NCBI RefSeq assembly: GCF_018350175.1
Contig: NC_058368.1
Location: forward strand, 48,920,001 to 48,984,000
Length of the DNA stretch: 64,000 nt
Direction: 5' to 3'
Source: Felis catus
Taxonomy: Eukaryota
Shown here: positions 51,211 to 64,000 of the stretch, piece after piece
Position numbering within the stretch: the stretch's first letter is position 1
Layout: every line of letters starts with the position of its first letter
The notes under the pieces: model-generated
Databases searched by the model: none
What the model saw: the letters and a program-made list of their open reading frames with translations, nothing else
What the model was told of the DNA's origin: nothing
Translations under genes and position numbers: made by a program

Positions 51211-51446
51211 GGGGCGCCTGGGTGGCGCAGCCGGTTAAGCGTCCGACTTCAGCCAGGTCACGATCTCACGGGTCCATGAGTTCGAGCCCCGCGTCAGGCT
51301 CTGGGCTGATGGCTCAGAGCCTGGAGCCTGTTTCCGATTCTGTGTCTCCCTCTCTCTCTGCCCCTCCCCCGTTCATGCTCTGTCTCTCTCTGTCCCAAAA
51401 ATAAATAAACGTTGAAAAAAAAAAATTAAAAAAAAAAAAAAAAAAA
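51211..51446 (+). mobile_element. Young CanSINE (SINEC_Fc)
   Basis: Long A tail; perfect TSD AGAAAGGCAGGCTCA at 51196-51210 and 51447-51461. Confidence 0.98.
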
Positions 51447-51761
51447 AGAAAGGCAGGCTCAAAGCAGGAGGACAGTTTAGGCACTGATGGAAGGAAAAGC
51501 AGAAAGGAGAGCAAAGTTTCAATGCATGGCCAGATCTAAGTGGGGAATTGAGTCAACCAAAGAATTCTTTGCTCTGTGAAAACTCTTCCCTCCCAAGCAC
51601 AGTTGCCATGGCCAGCTGTCAGAATTAAAGGGCTGTTTCCCTGAGGTATCATCCTACCCAGTCTGAATCATTGGGAAACTGGCCTGTTCATATGCAAGGA
51701 CCGCATTTTCTCCACTAATAAGTGAGATGAGGACATCATCTCTTACCCCTGTGCACTAGTA

Positions 51762-51947
51762 CAGTGTTTCTCAACCTTTTCTAGTCACAGGCATTCTTGA
51801 AAATCAGATAAAAGATATAAACCCTATTAGAAAAGTTTGCATGTACACACACACAGTTTTGAAAACAATCTGAAGGGGTTTATACACTTTTGGACACCCA
51901 GTTATGATTCTCCTTGAGGCCACAGATTCCAGGTTAAGAATCTCCTG
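51762..51947. mobile_element. Non-autonomous hAT-Charlie element (MER103/MER5-like)
   Basis: Terminal inverted ends CAGTGTTTCTCAACCT..AGGTTAAGAATCTCCTG. Confidence 0.6.
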
Positions 51948-51964
51948 TACAAGAGAAGAGGCCA

Positions 51965-52130
51965 GTCGATTTTATTGGTGTATTCCATGTATCAGATATT
52001 ATAATAAGCACTTTATATGCACTATCTTATAATAATCTTGTGAGTTAGTTTTATTGTCTCCATTTTTTAAATGAGCCGGTGTTAGTGACTTGCCCATGGT
52101 TAAGCAACCTATGATTGAAACCCTCAGAAT
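51965..52130 (-). mobile_element. MIR
   Basis: TAAGCACTTTATATGCA..CTCCATTTT..ATGAG..GTGACTTGCCCATGGT. Confidence 0.7.
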
Positions 52131-54261
52131 ACTAATTAGTCTGTTCATAGATACTTACTGCTACATTCTTTTATTCTTCTCTTTCGGTTTTTCCTTTTGT
52201 GTAGCTAATATTCCAAACTGTGTTCCCGGCTTTCAGCTCCCTGGAGTATTATTCAGCTTCTCTGTGTCTTCACCCTGGCCAATATTTACTCATCTTCTTC
52301 CCACTGAGGGCTCCCATTACGCCTCATGGCTGGGATTTGGTGCCATGTGACCTCTGTTTTCACCAGCTGCCCAGAAGCAGGATCTTCTGACATACACCTT
52401 CTATACTCTCTTCTACCCTACCTCTAACAATTGACTGTATAGGTTTAGTTTCACATCTGTTCCTAAGCCAATACAAATTGAGGAGGGAAGTAGACCTTGA
52501 TGTAGTGAGTCTTAGAATTAAATTATTTTGACAAGATCTACTGATCCAGCCTCCAACAGCTGGGCCCCTATGTGTCTATTTCTGCCAACCAGATAAAGCA
52601 TCCAATGTATTTAGCATATGCCTTTGTGGGCCTCTGTAGTTTTCATTACATGGTATTCCATTTGACAGCATGTGAGGACTTTTACCATCTTGGAAATTAA
52701 TAAAAGATAATATTCCTTGAGACTTGAAATGTTAGGTAATAAGGCAGAACAGAGATAAGCAAAGTTGTGGGAAAGGTAAAGACTGGTTCCCATGTTAACA
52801 AGATTTGATTATAACTTGGTTGTCTATATAAATTTAAAAAAAAAGCCTACATCTATCAAAATAAAAATTGACCACTCATAGAAATACAGAAAAAGGAGAA
52901 GTGCAGAAAATAAATTTTAGCAATGCTAATCCCAAAATAGTCAAGGAAATGGATGGTCTTAATTACCCTTTGAAACTTAAATGCTTCCTTCTGAAGAAGG
53001 GCATTCCTCTTATGAAGAGAGATGCAAAGAACTGTAGGCAATGAGCACAGAATGTTCTGGACCCATTCACAACAAAAATATTTTTATGGGGACCTGGATG
53101 TGTTTTACATTATTTTATCCTAACGTGATTCAACAATTTATATATCAAATCACCCCTGTACTGATTCTATGCTTACCTAGTTACCATCTAATTATGATTT
53201 GATTTTCCATTTAGTTCTTTCCACAGGCAAACATTAATTGCTCATATAGATGATAAATATATGGTGTCTATGATAGTGATTTTTCAAGATGACTTAATAA
53301 AGTGGTCTTTGAACATTATTTGATTTGTCTTAAAGCCAGACTGCAGCTGAACACTTGCTAAAGCAAGACATGTCTTTCCTGGTCTTAGGTGAATATTAGT
53401 TAGAGTTTTCCAGTTTCTTATCTCTTGTTTCTCTGACCACCATCAAGAAGGTGAGATTGACATTCACTGCAGAGGGCAGCTCCCCTGAAGTGACTTACCT
53501 ACCTGGGGTAGTTCCTAGCAAGGTCTTACCCAGCACCAAGCAGCCCTCCCTTTATGGTGCTGCAACCAATTTTATCTTTTTGAATTATTACAGATTTTTA
53601 CAGTGTCTGCTCTTTGATAAGACTAGGTTTCCCTTTGCTCCTAACTCTAGTCAGTCATGTTGGTTGGCTTATTATGTATCTGGTCCCTTGCTCTGCCACA
53701 AACTCTAGCCATTTGGATGGTATCCAGTTGCCTAGAAACAAAGCTTTGGCTTGACTGTGAATTGATGATAAACCTGCCGAGTGCCTGGCTCACTGACTGT
53801 ATGATAGCCTGCTCCTGTCCCTTTGGACTCCTGGCTGAGGCCCTCTAATATAGAGAAAAAACTGCATGTGATTCCCCCTGGCCACCAGTGTTTGACCACC
53901 ATCTGGATCTGCCCCACTGGTGTCCAACATTACTAGAAAGGTAAGCAGGCACTGACAGTGACCTGGTTTATGCCTGAAGTTTCTGTATCTTTTGTAAACC
54001 CTGAGCGGACTGTCCTCACCAAACCACAACCTATGGTTAGATTAGTTTTCCCAACAGTGTGTTCTTCTCAGTTCCAGTTTCCTTCCCTTTCTAACAGTCA
54101 GACTGCAGAAGGTCTTAAATGCCAGGCCTAGAAATAAGTATAGACTTAAGCTGTGTCATGTCAGCAGGTGAGGCTGTGTCCTCCAAAGATTAATATGTCA
54201 GAAAAGCCAAAATGAGTGGAAAAGAGAGGATATTTTTAGATGCAGGCCAGGTAGGCTAAAA

Positions 54262-54461
54262 CAGGGGACCAATTCCTGCTTATTTTTGTAAGTAAAGTTT
54301 ATGTAGATCATAGCCACACTCATTCATTTATGAATTTTCTCTGTTGACTTTTGCTTGCTCTCCCACAGAAGTATTGAGTAATTGTGACAGAGACCAGACA
54401 GCATGCAAAGTCTAAAATATCTACTATCTAGTCCTTTGCAGAACAAGTTTACAGACTCCTG
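54262..54461 (+). mobile_element. MER58A-like hAT-Charlie element
   Basis: CAGGGG..TTTTTGTAA.TAAAGTTT..CATAGCCACACTCATTCATTTA..TTGTGACAGAGACC..GTCCTTTGCAGAA.AAGTTT..CCTG. Confidence 0.8.
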
Positions 54462-55009
54462 ATCTACGTGATGATTACAGAGACCTGGACTAATTAAGGA
54501 GTTAGCAATAAGAGAGAAAGAAGAACCAGTTATGAAGACACTGAAGAATTTTTACTTCAAGTTCCTGATAAATGCTTAAGGGGTTGTTAAAGCACAAGTC
54601 TACCTCAGGTATTACATTAAATTTGAGTAGTTTTGCCACTGTGAGCGGCAGGTACGATACCACCCTCTTGCCTCAGAAAAGAAAAGAAAAAGGAAAAGAA
54701 GAGCCTATTCTGATGTTCTGATTTGTTACAAAATAACTAATCTACTATCTTTGAAAAAAAATGCCCATATTTTGTCTCAAGTTTTATGATTTGGGGGAAC
54801 AAACAAGGTACCCAGTGAACTCAATGGCTGGGAAAGTGGAATAATTCAAGATAGTGTAGACAGAAGAAATGTTTTAGACATTTGCTGAAATACAGCTTCA
54901 ACCAAAGTGGAAAAACTGCAGAATTCTGAGAAACTAAGAGCAATGGACATGTGTGAATTCTGAAGAGGAAAAATAAATCTTTATAGAAAGATAAATAAAT
55001 AGATAATTA

Positions 55010-55088
55010 GGTGGAAAGGAAAGAAAAAAGAAAGAAAGGAAGGAAGGAAGGAAGGAAGGAAGGAAGGAAGGAAGGAAGGAAGGAAGGA

Positions 55089-55132
<44 letters not shown>

Positions 55133-55139
55133 AAAGAAA
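55010..55139. repeat. Compound (GGAA)13(GAAA)n polypurine microsatellite
   Basis: Read directly; GGAA run 55038-55089. Confidence 0.95.
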
Positions 55140-56729
55140 TTCTATTATGTTAACTGAAGTTCTCTGTGCAATACAATCTATTTCTCCTTTTGCTGTTACC
55201 TTTCCCCTATAAATTCATTAATAAGCAATGTCTCAGGGGAGATTTTATATTGAATATAGAGGACAAAATGTCAATACCTTGGCTTCTGAGATCTAAAGTA
55301 GACTCTTGAGACTCATAGCAGACACATACTCTTGAACATCAGGGCTTTTGACCTGTAAGGGTCATAATATTGTATTTCTAAAAGGCTAAGACTGGAAGAC
55401 ATTTAGTTGCTTCTATAACTAATAGTTTGGAAATACAATCGGAGCTTATCCCTGGACATTAGGTAAGGGTTGTCCAAAATGGGGGAGTACTGGAGAGGAT
55501 GTGGACTTTAGTTTAGAAACTTGTGTTGAGAAGCTATCACTCCCTTAAGACAATCTAAGACTCCCCTAAGAACTGAGCTATAACTAGGTAGAGCTCCAGA
55601 ACCTCAACTATGCTTGGAGCAGGGAGGTGCAGGGTGCAGAAGGTACCTATGTCTTGTGTTTTGGAGAGTACTGGGGAGTGGGTAAGCCTTATAGAGCATC
55701 CCTGTGTTCAGCATGATCTCTAAGATGTCGAGTCACTGTGGCACAGAAGTTACCTAAGCAGATGGGTTTCAGGCAGCTCCACAGAGTTTTAGGAGAGTGG
55801 CCAATTGTTTTCTGTATCCCTCAGATAGGGTGTGGATATAGCTGAGAGTCAACCGGAGAGTCAAAAGTCCTTGATGCTGGAAAGAGGAGGGTGTAGAAGT
55901 CATGGACTAATAAAAGAAGACTAGCTGGCCTATAGAGCATCTCATTAAAGACCAACACAAATACATGGAAACAAACAAATGTGTGTGAACAGATGACATG
56001 GGAGAGGACCCATATCTTCCCAGTATGGTACCACTTGAGCCAAACCAAAACAGGTATAATTCTAGAGATAAAGAAGAGGGGTAAAAGCTAATTGATTGAA
56101 GATTTTTAATTTTTCTGAGAAAATACTGCATTGACTCTTAAGAACTGATTGGAACAAGCTTACATCGAGTTGAATACATTGAAGTTTTTGTCAGTAGACA
56201 AAAGGAGTATCTTAATATAAAAATAGCATTTAAAAATATATAGCAGAAAACATTTTGTATTCTGAATATTTGTACTCCCCATTTATATATCAAGAGAAGT
56301 TTCAAAAGTTGTTTGCCTGTAGGTAGGATTATGACCATGTTCTTTTTTGTATTTATTGTGTTACATTTACTAAATCTTTACAATGGGTATGCATTGTTTT
56401 AATAAATATAAGCATTGATATACTTCAGAAGTATTGAATTGGCCTAAAAGCAAAAAATAAAAGAAAAAAAGTGTGCATAGATTACACAGAGAATTTTAGC
56501 CACGTCTGTATACACAGAACATGACTCCATCAGTGACTACAATCTGGAAAAGGAACAGCATCTCTCCTTCTTTGACTGCACACAGATGAAGGTTTCTTTT
56601 TCAATTAAGCAGGATAAGGGGGGAAAACCTGAGAGTACACATACATCCCATCAATCTGGAGGAAGAAAAGTGATATAATTTAAAAGAGTGTTTGTTATTG
56701 CTATTATTTAGTCATCCAAGTTGATTAAT

Positions 56730-56832
56730 GAGAGAGAGGCAGAGACAGAGAGAGAGAGAGATGGGGAGAGAGAGAGAGAGGGAGAGAGGAAAGAAAGGAA
56801 AGGAGGAAGGGAGGAAGAGAGGAAGAAAGAGG
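56730..56832. repeat. GA-rich low-complexity tract
   Basis: Read directly. Confidence 0.85.
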
Positions 56833-58634
56833 CTTATGACATAGTATAGGTTAATTACAAAAATTCCCCTTCACTGTCAGGGGATATCTTGATACACCAA
56901 ATAAATTGCCCTGATGAAGCATCTGATTGCCTGTCTTTTCAGTGTCAAAACCAGCTGTGAGAAAACCCAAAATCATGTTTTAATATTTTGCAGAAGACTC
57001 AAACCTTTTATATTCTCATTAAAAAAATGAAAAGAACCTTGAAACTGACCTGGAGTTTCTTTTTATGTTTCAATGGGGAACTGTTTTCCCAATAAGCATA
57101 AAATGCCTTTATCAATAGTAATTTTCTAAGTTATTGATGGTGATGTGAAAAAAATTACAATGAGTAAAAATATTTTGAGGACATAAATTCTTTTGACATC
57201 AGGGCTGAAGTGAAATGATGTAGGACTCTTGGCAGCACATTTAGAGTTCTATTTACTAAATTTAATTTTGCTATTTTTAAGTTGATTTAATAATATATTT
57301 ATTAGAAGAAAGTACCAAATAATGGCATGTCATGGGCTCTATGCTAATTTATTAAAAATTAAAATTGTGCATGAGGGAACAGGCAGTGACTAGAGAACTC
57401 ACTGGCGTATATTTGCAAATATCTTGGGAGGCGGAGAGGTATATTCCTGTTGAATAATAGGAAACCCAAGAAATACATAAATCAGTTATCATAAAACTAA
57501 ATGAAAAGAAGCTAGAATTGAGATGTTTTTCTTTCTTCTACTCAGGTACATATTTCAGGTATAATTATTACCCAAAGGGGCTACATTACATGGCTGATTT
57601 AGGTTAGCTAAGCAAAAAGAATTTTATTCTTCAAAGTTCAATAGGAAGAGGCAATGACAATTTATGTCTTTACTGCCAAGGAAACAAGGAGCTTTAGGAA
57701 GAAGATTAAATGTAATGATAGTTTAAAATCTTTCAGTATTACTAATAAAATTGTCAAAATTGAAAACTATGACTGTATATAAGGGAACCTGCATAAATGT
57801 AAGAAATACAATGCACCAAATTGGAGTTGGTAATTTATTTCTACCTGAATAAATTTATTGCTTTTAATTTATTAACCAAACTTGGTTTGTGTGTTTTTTC
57901 TTCATATTTTTTTCTCTACATTCCTAGACTTCCTATCTGATCACAGGTTGAAGCTTACTGACAGGTGTATGCATACAAACACTAGTGATACCCTCTTAGA
58001 TAAACTCTTTGAAAATGCAACATTTAGCCTTGTATATCAGTAGTATTTATTAAACAGTTCTGTGCCTAACATTTTGACATGTGTTGTGAAATGAGAGTTT
58101 TTACATTTTCAATAACTAATAGCTGAGTCCTCCAAATAGCTCCATCTGTTAGGAAGTTGGATGTTATTTCCATTTGATTCATGAGAAAACTGGGGCTCAG
58201 AGTTGTATACCTCATTGAAGTTAATGAGAACAAGGGATTCTTTTTTTTCTTTTTTCCTTAGGGAGTAAAGAAATTTAGAGGAGACACTGAAGCTTACTTA
58301 AAGGTGAAGAACAAATTATAAAATCATGTCCAAACAAGATCTAGAGGCAGAAGAATAAAATTCTGGGTGACTTTCAGTCAAGTGTATCATTACAATAGAT
58401 TCCAGCTATTCTTATTTCCTCCAAATGGCAGAAGGGTTGAGGAGCTTTGCCAGCATAGTTTCTGGGAAGTCGAAATATTCTAGGCTTAAAGATTTGCTCT
58501 ATTTGTTGTCTTTAAGCATACAGACAGATCTCACCCCTGTTTGAAAAACAAATGTTGGCCTTACAAGTATTTATTATATATGCATGCTTCCTTTAATACA
58601 GAATTCAAGAGCTATTTCAAGGGTCTCTACCTTC

Positions 58635-59600
58635 TCATTCATCAAGTATTTATTAAGCATCTATAATACACCTATGATATACCAGAAATCATGTTAGAAA
58701 CTTTGGACAGAGTGTAGCCCGATAGAAGGATAATCTGTGCTGAAAAGAAAACCACCAGTCCACCATGGAGCCACTGATGTTAAGGCCTCAGGTCAGCAAA
58801 CCAACACTGAATACCTAACCTAAGAGCAGTTTCAACCTCCACCCAGGAATGTAACCTTTAATCAGTCAACATGGAGTTTCCTGGTCAGCAGTAGGAAATT
58901 TACTGACAGACCCCTTCCTCTCCCCTTTGGAAGACAACCTTGACCAAAACAATATATTCTTTGGTAATAATTTCCGTTTTTCCACTCCCTCTCTGCCTTT
59001 AAAATCCTTTCCTGTTCTACAGCTCAAAGGAGCTCCTTTCTGTTTGCTGGGTGAGATGCTGTCCGGTTCACAAATTGCTTAATAAAGCCAATCTTTTAAA
59101 TTACTCAGTTGAATTTCTGTTGTCTAACAATGCCTTCATAGTACTTAAAAGTGGGGGAGATCAATATTATACAAATAAATAATATATAATTAGGAAGTAT
59201 AGTTTTCATTGAAGAAAATTAAAGACAGTAATGATTTAGGCAGCTGACTTAGATTCAGGATGAGTAAAGCCTCCCTCGAGAAAGGGATATTAAATTTAAG
59301 ACCTGAAGGGAAAATAGGAATTAGGCTAAACTTCTGGGGAAAAGAATCCCCAGATAGAGCAGGAGATACAGGCAGTACCAAGTTGCTGACAAATTTGGTT
59401 CTTTTTCCTTGGGAAAGGGTCGAAGAACTTTAAATGGGCAGTTACATAGTTAAATTTTTAGTTAACTGATGGAAGGAAAATGGACTGAAGGAAAATCTTA
59501 AAAAAATGCAGGAAACCTATCAGAGATTGTGGTGACTTGGAGTGGAGCTGTGGTTGGGGACATACAGATGGGAACCTGTTTGACATACATCTATTTAATC
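58635..59600 (-). mobile_element. L2 remnant interrupted by an LTR
   Basis: CATTCATCAAGTATTTATTAAGCATCTA; resumes TGCCTTCAT..AAAGCCTCCC..TTAAGACCTGAAGG. Confidence 0.55.
58736..59129 (+). mobile_element. ERV1-like solo LTR; family not assigned, 5' boundary uncertain (58692 or 58736)
   Basis: TTTAAAA TATA-like box, AATAAAGCCAAT poly(A) signal, terminal TAACA; interrupts the L2. Confidence 0.6.
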
Positions 59601-60688
59601 AAACAATGTGCGCTGCATGGAGAAATGCTAATTATCATGATTTGGTTAAGCTTATTTTTTGTTAATGGTAGCAACATTTCAGAATAAAATCCATAATCCA
59701 AAATATTAGTGGGATACTATTGTTCCTGTAGCTTTGCAGATCTGATGCCAAATCTATGGAAAGAGGTTGAAAAGAAAATGCCGAAAGCATGAACTTTTTG
59801 AAAAATTTCGGCATCTGGCATAGTATTCAAAAGGAGTATGTCCTACACTTGCTCAGTTTTAAGCCTTCATAATAATTATCTAAAAAACAACACTGTAAGT
59901 CCCTTCTTGCCAGAATTCAAGAAGTCCAGGTTTTTACCAGTTTTATTCCTCAGGTGTTTCCTGAATATTCCTTGGGAAAGCTGATATGTTTGCCAAATCT
60001 GTCCTGGTGGCCACCTACCACTTTAGCCAACCAAGTGTCCCTAGACCACAACATGGCTTTTGTGCCCATCAACCCTGTGGTCTCGAGACTGGATTCTCTC
60101 AACTGGCTATTATTCGTTTCCCATCTCTCCCCTGCAGATTACATTCTCTGGCCTCAGATGCCCCATGGTGATAAGTGAGCCTATAATCCTTAAGAAGATT
60201 TTTCTGAAGGCCTGGGGAATAACAGAAAAGATTTGCAATTCAGGGAGAACAGAGCTGGAAACTTTAAATAGCCCTTCTCAGTCTACGATCCAAGGTCTCC
60301 TAGGCAGGACCACCTTTCTTCCTCAGCCTGTTGTCCACAACCTGGGGACCTGCAGGTATAGAAGCCTTCTTCCAAAGTGACCCTCCTCCAATTATTATTC
60401 CTCTACCATGAGTTCACCCCCAACCACTTGAGAGAAATGCATGTTTCTGGGTGAAAAATACTTGTAGGTATACAACTCCATCCCCAGCAAAGGCCAACTT
60501 ACTGCTATTTTGCCGAGGGCTTTAGCCCCTTGATCTTGGGTCTCTCCCTTGCAGGGTGGGTTTTGTGCTTTACATTTGCAAAAGACCATAAAATTATTAC
60601 CCCTGAATAAAACAGTAACTGCTTCCCAGTATTGTTTCAGCTTTTAGAGAAACAAACACCTGATCAAAATTTAAAATGCTTGGGTCTA

Positions 60689-60875
60689 GGGGCAACCTGG
60701 GTGGCTCAGTCAGTTAAGCATTCCACTCTTGATCTCAGCTCAGATCATGATCTCGCAGTTCCTGAGTTCAAGCCCTGCATCGGGCTCTGTGCTGATGGCG
60801 CGGAGCCTGCTTGGGATTCTGTTTCTCCTTCTCTCTGCTCCTCCCTCACTTGTGTGCGCTCTCTCTCTCTCAAAA

Positions 60876-60922
<47 letters not shown>

Positions 60923-60940
60923 ACAAACTAAAAAAAAAAA
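60689..60940 (+). mobile_element. CanSINE with (AAAT)n tail
   Basis: SINE head; TSD about AA.TGCTT(T)GGGTCTA. Confidence 0.95.
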
Positions 60941-60958
60941 TTAAGTGCTTTGGGTCTA

Positions 60959-61463
60959 TGTTAGGTTTCTAGGGCTTCCATAACAAAGTACCACAAACTG
61001 GGTGGCTTCAAAACAGAAGTCTATTGTCTCACAATTCTGGAGACAATAAATACAATTCTAGAAGTCCACAATCGAGGTGTTGGCACAATTGGTTCTTTCT
61101 GGGAGCTATGACGTACCATCTTTTCCATTCTTCTTTCCTACCTTCTGGTGGTTGGCTGGCAATCTTTGGCTTTCCTTGGATTGTAGAAGCATCATGCCAA
61201 TCTGTGCCTCCACCTTCATGCGGCGTTCTTCCTGAATGCCTTCACATTGTCCTCGCTCTTAGTGTCTCTGAGTCCAAATTTCCCCTTTTTATCAGGATAC
61301 CAGTCAGAGTGCACTGGGGGACCCACCCCGTTCTAGTGAGGCCCTCACTATAGCTCAACTAATTACATCTGCAACCATCCTATTTTCAGATAAGGTCACA
61401 TACTGAGGTCCTAGACGTTAGTAAAAATGTGAATTTCAGAGGGACTCAGTTCAATGTACAATA
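60959..61463 (-). mobile_element. MLT1C-like solo LTR
   Basis: CCATAACAAAGTACCACAAACTGGGTGGCTT..AATTACATCTGCAA..ATAAGGTCACAT. Confidence 0.88.
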
Positions 61464-61629
61464 GGTTCTTATCTCAACTGGAGCATCTAGGGGAAGAGAT
61501 ATTTTGAATCATATTGCTTTACACAATGATTTTATTAACAAATCACCGGGAACCAAGCCTTTAGTGTACTCAGCCTGGAGGGAAGGGAACCTGGTGGAAG
61601 CTGCCTCTCCCCCATAAAGAAGTCCTTGT

Positions 61630-61818
61630 GGGAGGCACCTGGGTGGATCAGCTGGTTAAGCATCCAACTCTAGATTTCAGCTCGGATCATGATCTCACAG
61701 TTCCTGAGTTCGAGTCCCTCATCGAGTTCTGTGCTGGCACATGGAGCCTGCTTGAGATTCTTTCTCTTTCCCTCTCTTTCTGCCGCTTCCCCAGATTGCT
61801 CTGTCTAAACAAACAAAA
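61630..61818 (+). mobile_element. CanSINE
   Basis: TSD AA(G/A)AAGTCCTTG. Confidence 0.92.
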
Positions 61819-61917
61819 AAAAAGTCCTTGGGGTTGAGGGGCAGGGGTGTCAGTTACAGCCAGTGGAATTATTCCAAATTTAGTCCTTTTTCTTCTCCTT
61901 CTAACAACTTCATTGTT

Positions 61918-62134
61918 TAATTTTGATTTTTTTTTTTTTTGAGAGAGAGAGAGAGAGAGAGAGTGAGCATGAGTCAAGGAGGGGCAGGAAAAGGGAAAGA
62001 GAGAGAAAATCCCAAGCAGGATCTGAGATGTCAGGGTGGAGCCCTACCTGGGGCTTGATCTTAAAAACCATGAGATCATGACCTGAGCTGAAATCAAGAG
62101 TCAGACGCTTAGCCGACTTAGCCACCCAGGTGTC
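61918..62134 (-). mobile_element. CanSINE
   Basis: GAGATCATGACCTGAGCTGAAATCAAGAGTCAGACGCTTA. Confidence 0.94.
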
Positions 62135-62599
62135 TCTGTTTTATTTTGTATTATGAAAGTATTATATGATCATTGTAGAACATGTAGAAAATACAGGTAA
62201 TTGTAGAGGATGAAAAAAAAACACCTATAATCGCAATAACTAAACTAGCCAACACTTAAAAAGGGAATCATCTTGTTTATTAAAAATTGAAATTATCTTG
62301 TATACAAAGTTTATTATCCTGCTTTTTCAACTTAATATTGCATTATGAACTTTTAAAAATATAATAATATGCTTTAATATTATGATCTTTTTGGTTTTTT
62401 TTTAATGACTGCTTGGTATGTTACTACTGGATACATTATAATTTATTTAACATTCTCTGGTTATTTAGATGATTTCTGTATTCATATTAAGCATAACAAT
62501 AAAATGAAGATTTTTATACTTAAATCTTTTGTGTATCTCTAATTATTTCCCTGTGTACATTCCTGTACATGGAGTCACAGGTCACGTTTTTCAAGCTTT

Positions 62600-62816
62600 T
62601 TAAAAAATTAATTTTTGAGAGAGAGAGAGTACATGTGCATGCACACACAAATTGGGGAGGGGCAGAGAGGGAGGGAGAGAAACAGAGAATTCCAAGCAGG
62701 CTCCATGCTCTCAGCCCAGAGCCTGATGCAGGGCTCGAACCCATGAACTGTGAGATCATGACCTGAGCTGAAATTAAGAGTTGGATGCTCAACTGACTGA
62801 GCAACCCAGGTGCCCC
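62600..62816 (-). mobile_element. CanSINE
   Basis: TSD CAC(G/A)TTTTTCAAGCTTT. Confidence 0.95.
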
Positions 62817-63454
62817 ACATTTTTCAAGCTTTCGATTTGTGCTGCAGCACCCAAAAGGATGATTTAATTTGTTTCACTCTATCAAAAACACTCATATTGC
62901 TGATCCCTCGTCAACACTGGATAGAGTAACAAATTCCAAATTAAGAAGTACAATGTGTCATTGCTTTATTTGCCTATTTTCGTTTATGTAATGATGAACT
63001 AATTTTGTTTTTCAGACATTCACATTTCTGTTTTTGTAAATTGCCTTTTCATGTTCTTTGTCCATTTTTCATCAAGGATTTTTCTTCTTTTTTTTTTTTC
63101 TTACTGATTTGTGAGAGGTCTTTTTCAATCATATGTGACACAATGTATTTTTTTCCCCCCAGGATCCATTTGCCTTTTAATTTTATTTATGGTTTGTTTT
63201 AAAGTATAAAAACTTAATTTTTATGCCATTGACTATGTCAGTCCTTTCCTTTATGGTTTCTATCTTTGATTTTATGCCTTGAAATTGCTTTCTCAACCCA
63301 ATAGCATATAAAAATTCATCTGTATTTTCTTCTTGATTTGTGTCTGTGTTTTTTTTAATCTTTACACATTTAACTCTTTAGGTTACCTAGAATTCATTTT
63401 TGTGTATAGAATAAAGAAGGGGCCATGTTTATCTTATATATATAAAATTTTTGT

Positions 63455-63472
63455 ATATATATATGTGTGTAC

Positions 63473-63553
<81 letters not shown>
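63455..63553. repeat. Compound (TA)n(TG)n(TA)n microsatellite
   Basis: Read directly. Confidence 0.95.
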
Positions 63554-63556
<3 letters not shown>

Positions 63557-63796
63557 GCCTCAGCACATAATTCTTCTCCCCACAAATGGAATGCCATTTC
63601 TGTCCTAAAGCAACTTCTTACTCTATTAGGGTTGGGCTTTGGGTTTTACATTCTATTTTCAAGGTCCCCTTTTTAAATTTTACTTTTATACCTTAATATG
63701 AATATTTGAAAAAAATCACTTCCTTGCTTCTCACAGAAACCTGATATGAAAGACTAAATTATACTAACTTCTCAAGTGTTCCCTTCTTTACCATTT

Positions 63797-63824
63797 AAAA
63801 AAAAATTTTTTAACATTTATTTAT

Positions 63825-63868
<44 letters not shown>

Positions 63869-64000
63869 ATGAGCAGGGGAAGGGCAGAGAAAAGAGGAGA
63901 CACAGAATCTGAAGCAGGCTCCAAGCTCTGAGCTGTCAGCACAGAACCCAACGCGGGGCTCGAACTCACAAACCACGATATCATGACCTGAGTTGAAGTC
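63797..64000 (-). mobile_element. CanSINE, truncated by the window end
   Basis: (GA)n tract, CACAGAATCTGAAGCAGGCTCC..ATCATGACCTGAG. Confidence 0.94.

Larger units (their letters stand above)
62140..63700 (-). mobile_element. Ancient L1M (L1ME-type), fragmented by a SINE and microsatellites
   Basis: ATAATTTATTTAAC..TTATTTAGATGATTTC; TCATGTTCTTTGTCCATTTTTC; TTTACACATTTAACTCTTTA..GAATTCATTTTTGTGTAT. Confidence 0.65.

Noticed and set aside
57525..57560. Recursive splice site (pyrimidine tract-CAG|GTACAT)
   Set aside because: The regenerated donor is weak and there is no evidence of a host transcript.
59941..60380. Plus-strand acceptor-like sites and overlapping short ORFs
   Set aside because: No recognisable protein, no consistent exon structure and non-ATG starts.
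63333..63676. ORFs with CVCVCV/YIYIYI runs
   Set aside because: These are translations of (TG)n(TA)n microsatellites.

Overview
Repeat-rich, AT-rich mammalian genomic DNA, almost certainly from a felid: it carries L1_Fc-type LINE-1 ends and many tRNA-derived CanSINEs of SINEC_Fc type. The window is intronic or intergenic. It contains one full-length but disabled L1 (70-6275), several 5'-truncated L1s with clear target-site duplications (TSDs), about 23 CanSINEs of different ages, solo LTRs (MER34-like, MER31-like, MLT1/MLT2), old L2/MIR/L1M remnants, hAT/Tigger fragments and microsatellites. I cannot recognise any host protein-coding gene. The long ORFs in the track derive from L1, SINE or microsatellite sequence. 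I see no support for a novel biological system. The most interesting items are (i) a TSD-less full-length L1 that may be a recombinant or deletion product, (ii) an ancient L1 5' end with four ~275-bp CCAAT-bearing monomers joined directly to ORF2 scraps, (iii) fold-back or templated insertions at several SINE junctions, (iv) close inverted L1 and SINE pairs, and (v) a low-confidence chain of phase-compatible minus-strand exon candidates. Subfamily names come from recalled consensus motifs, not from a database search, and the boundaries of old repeats are approximate.
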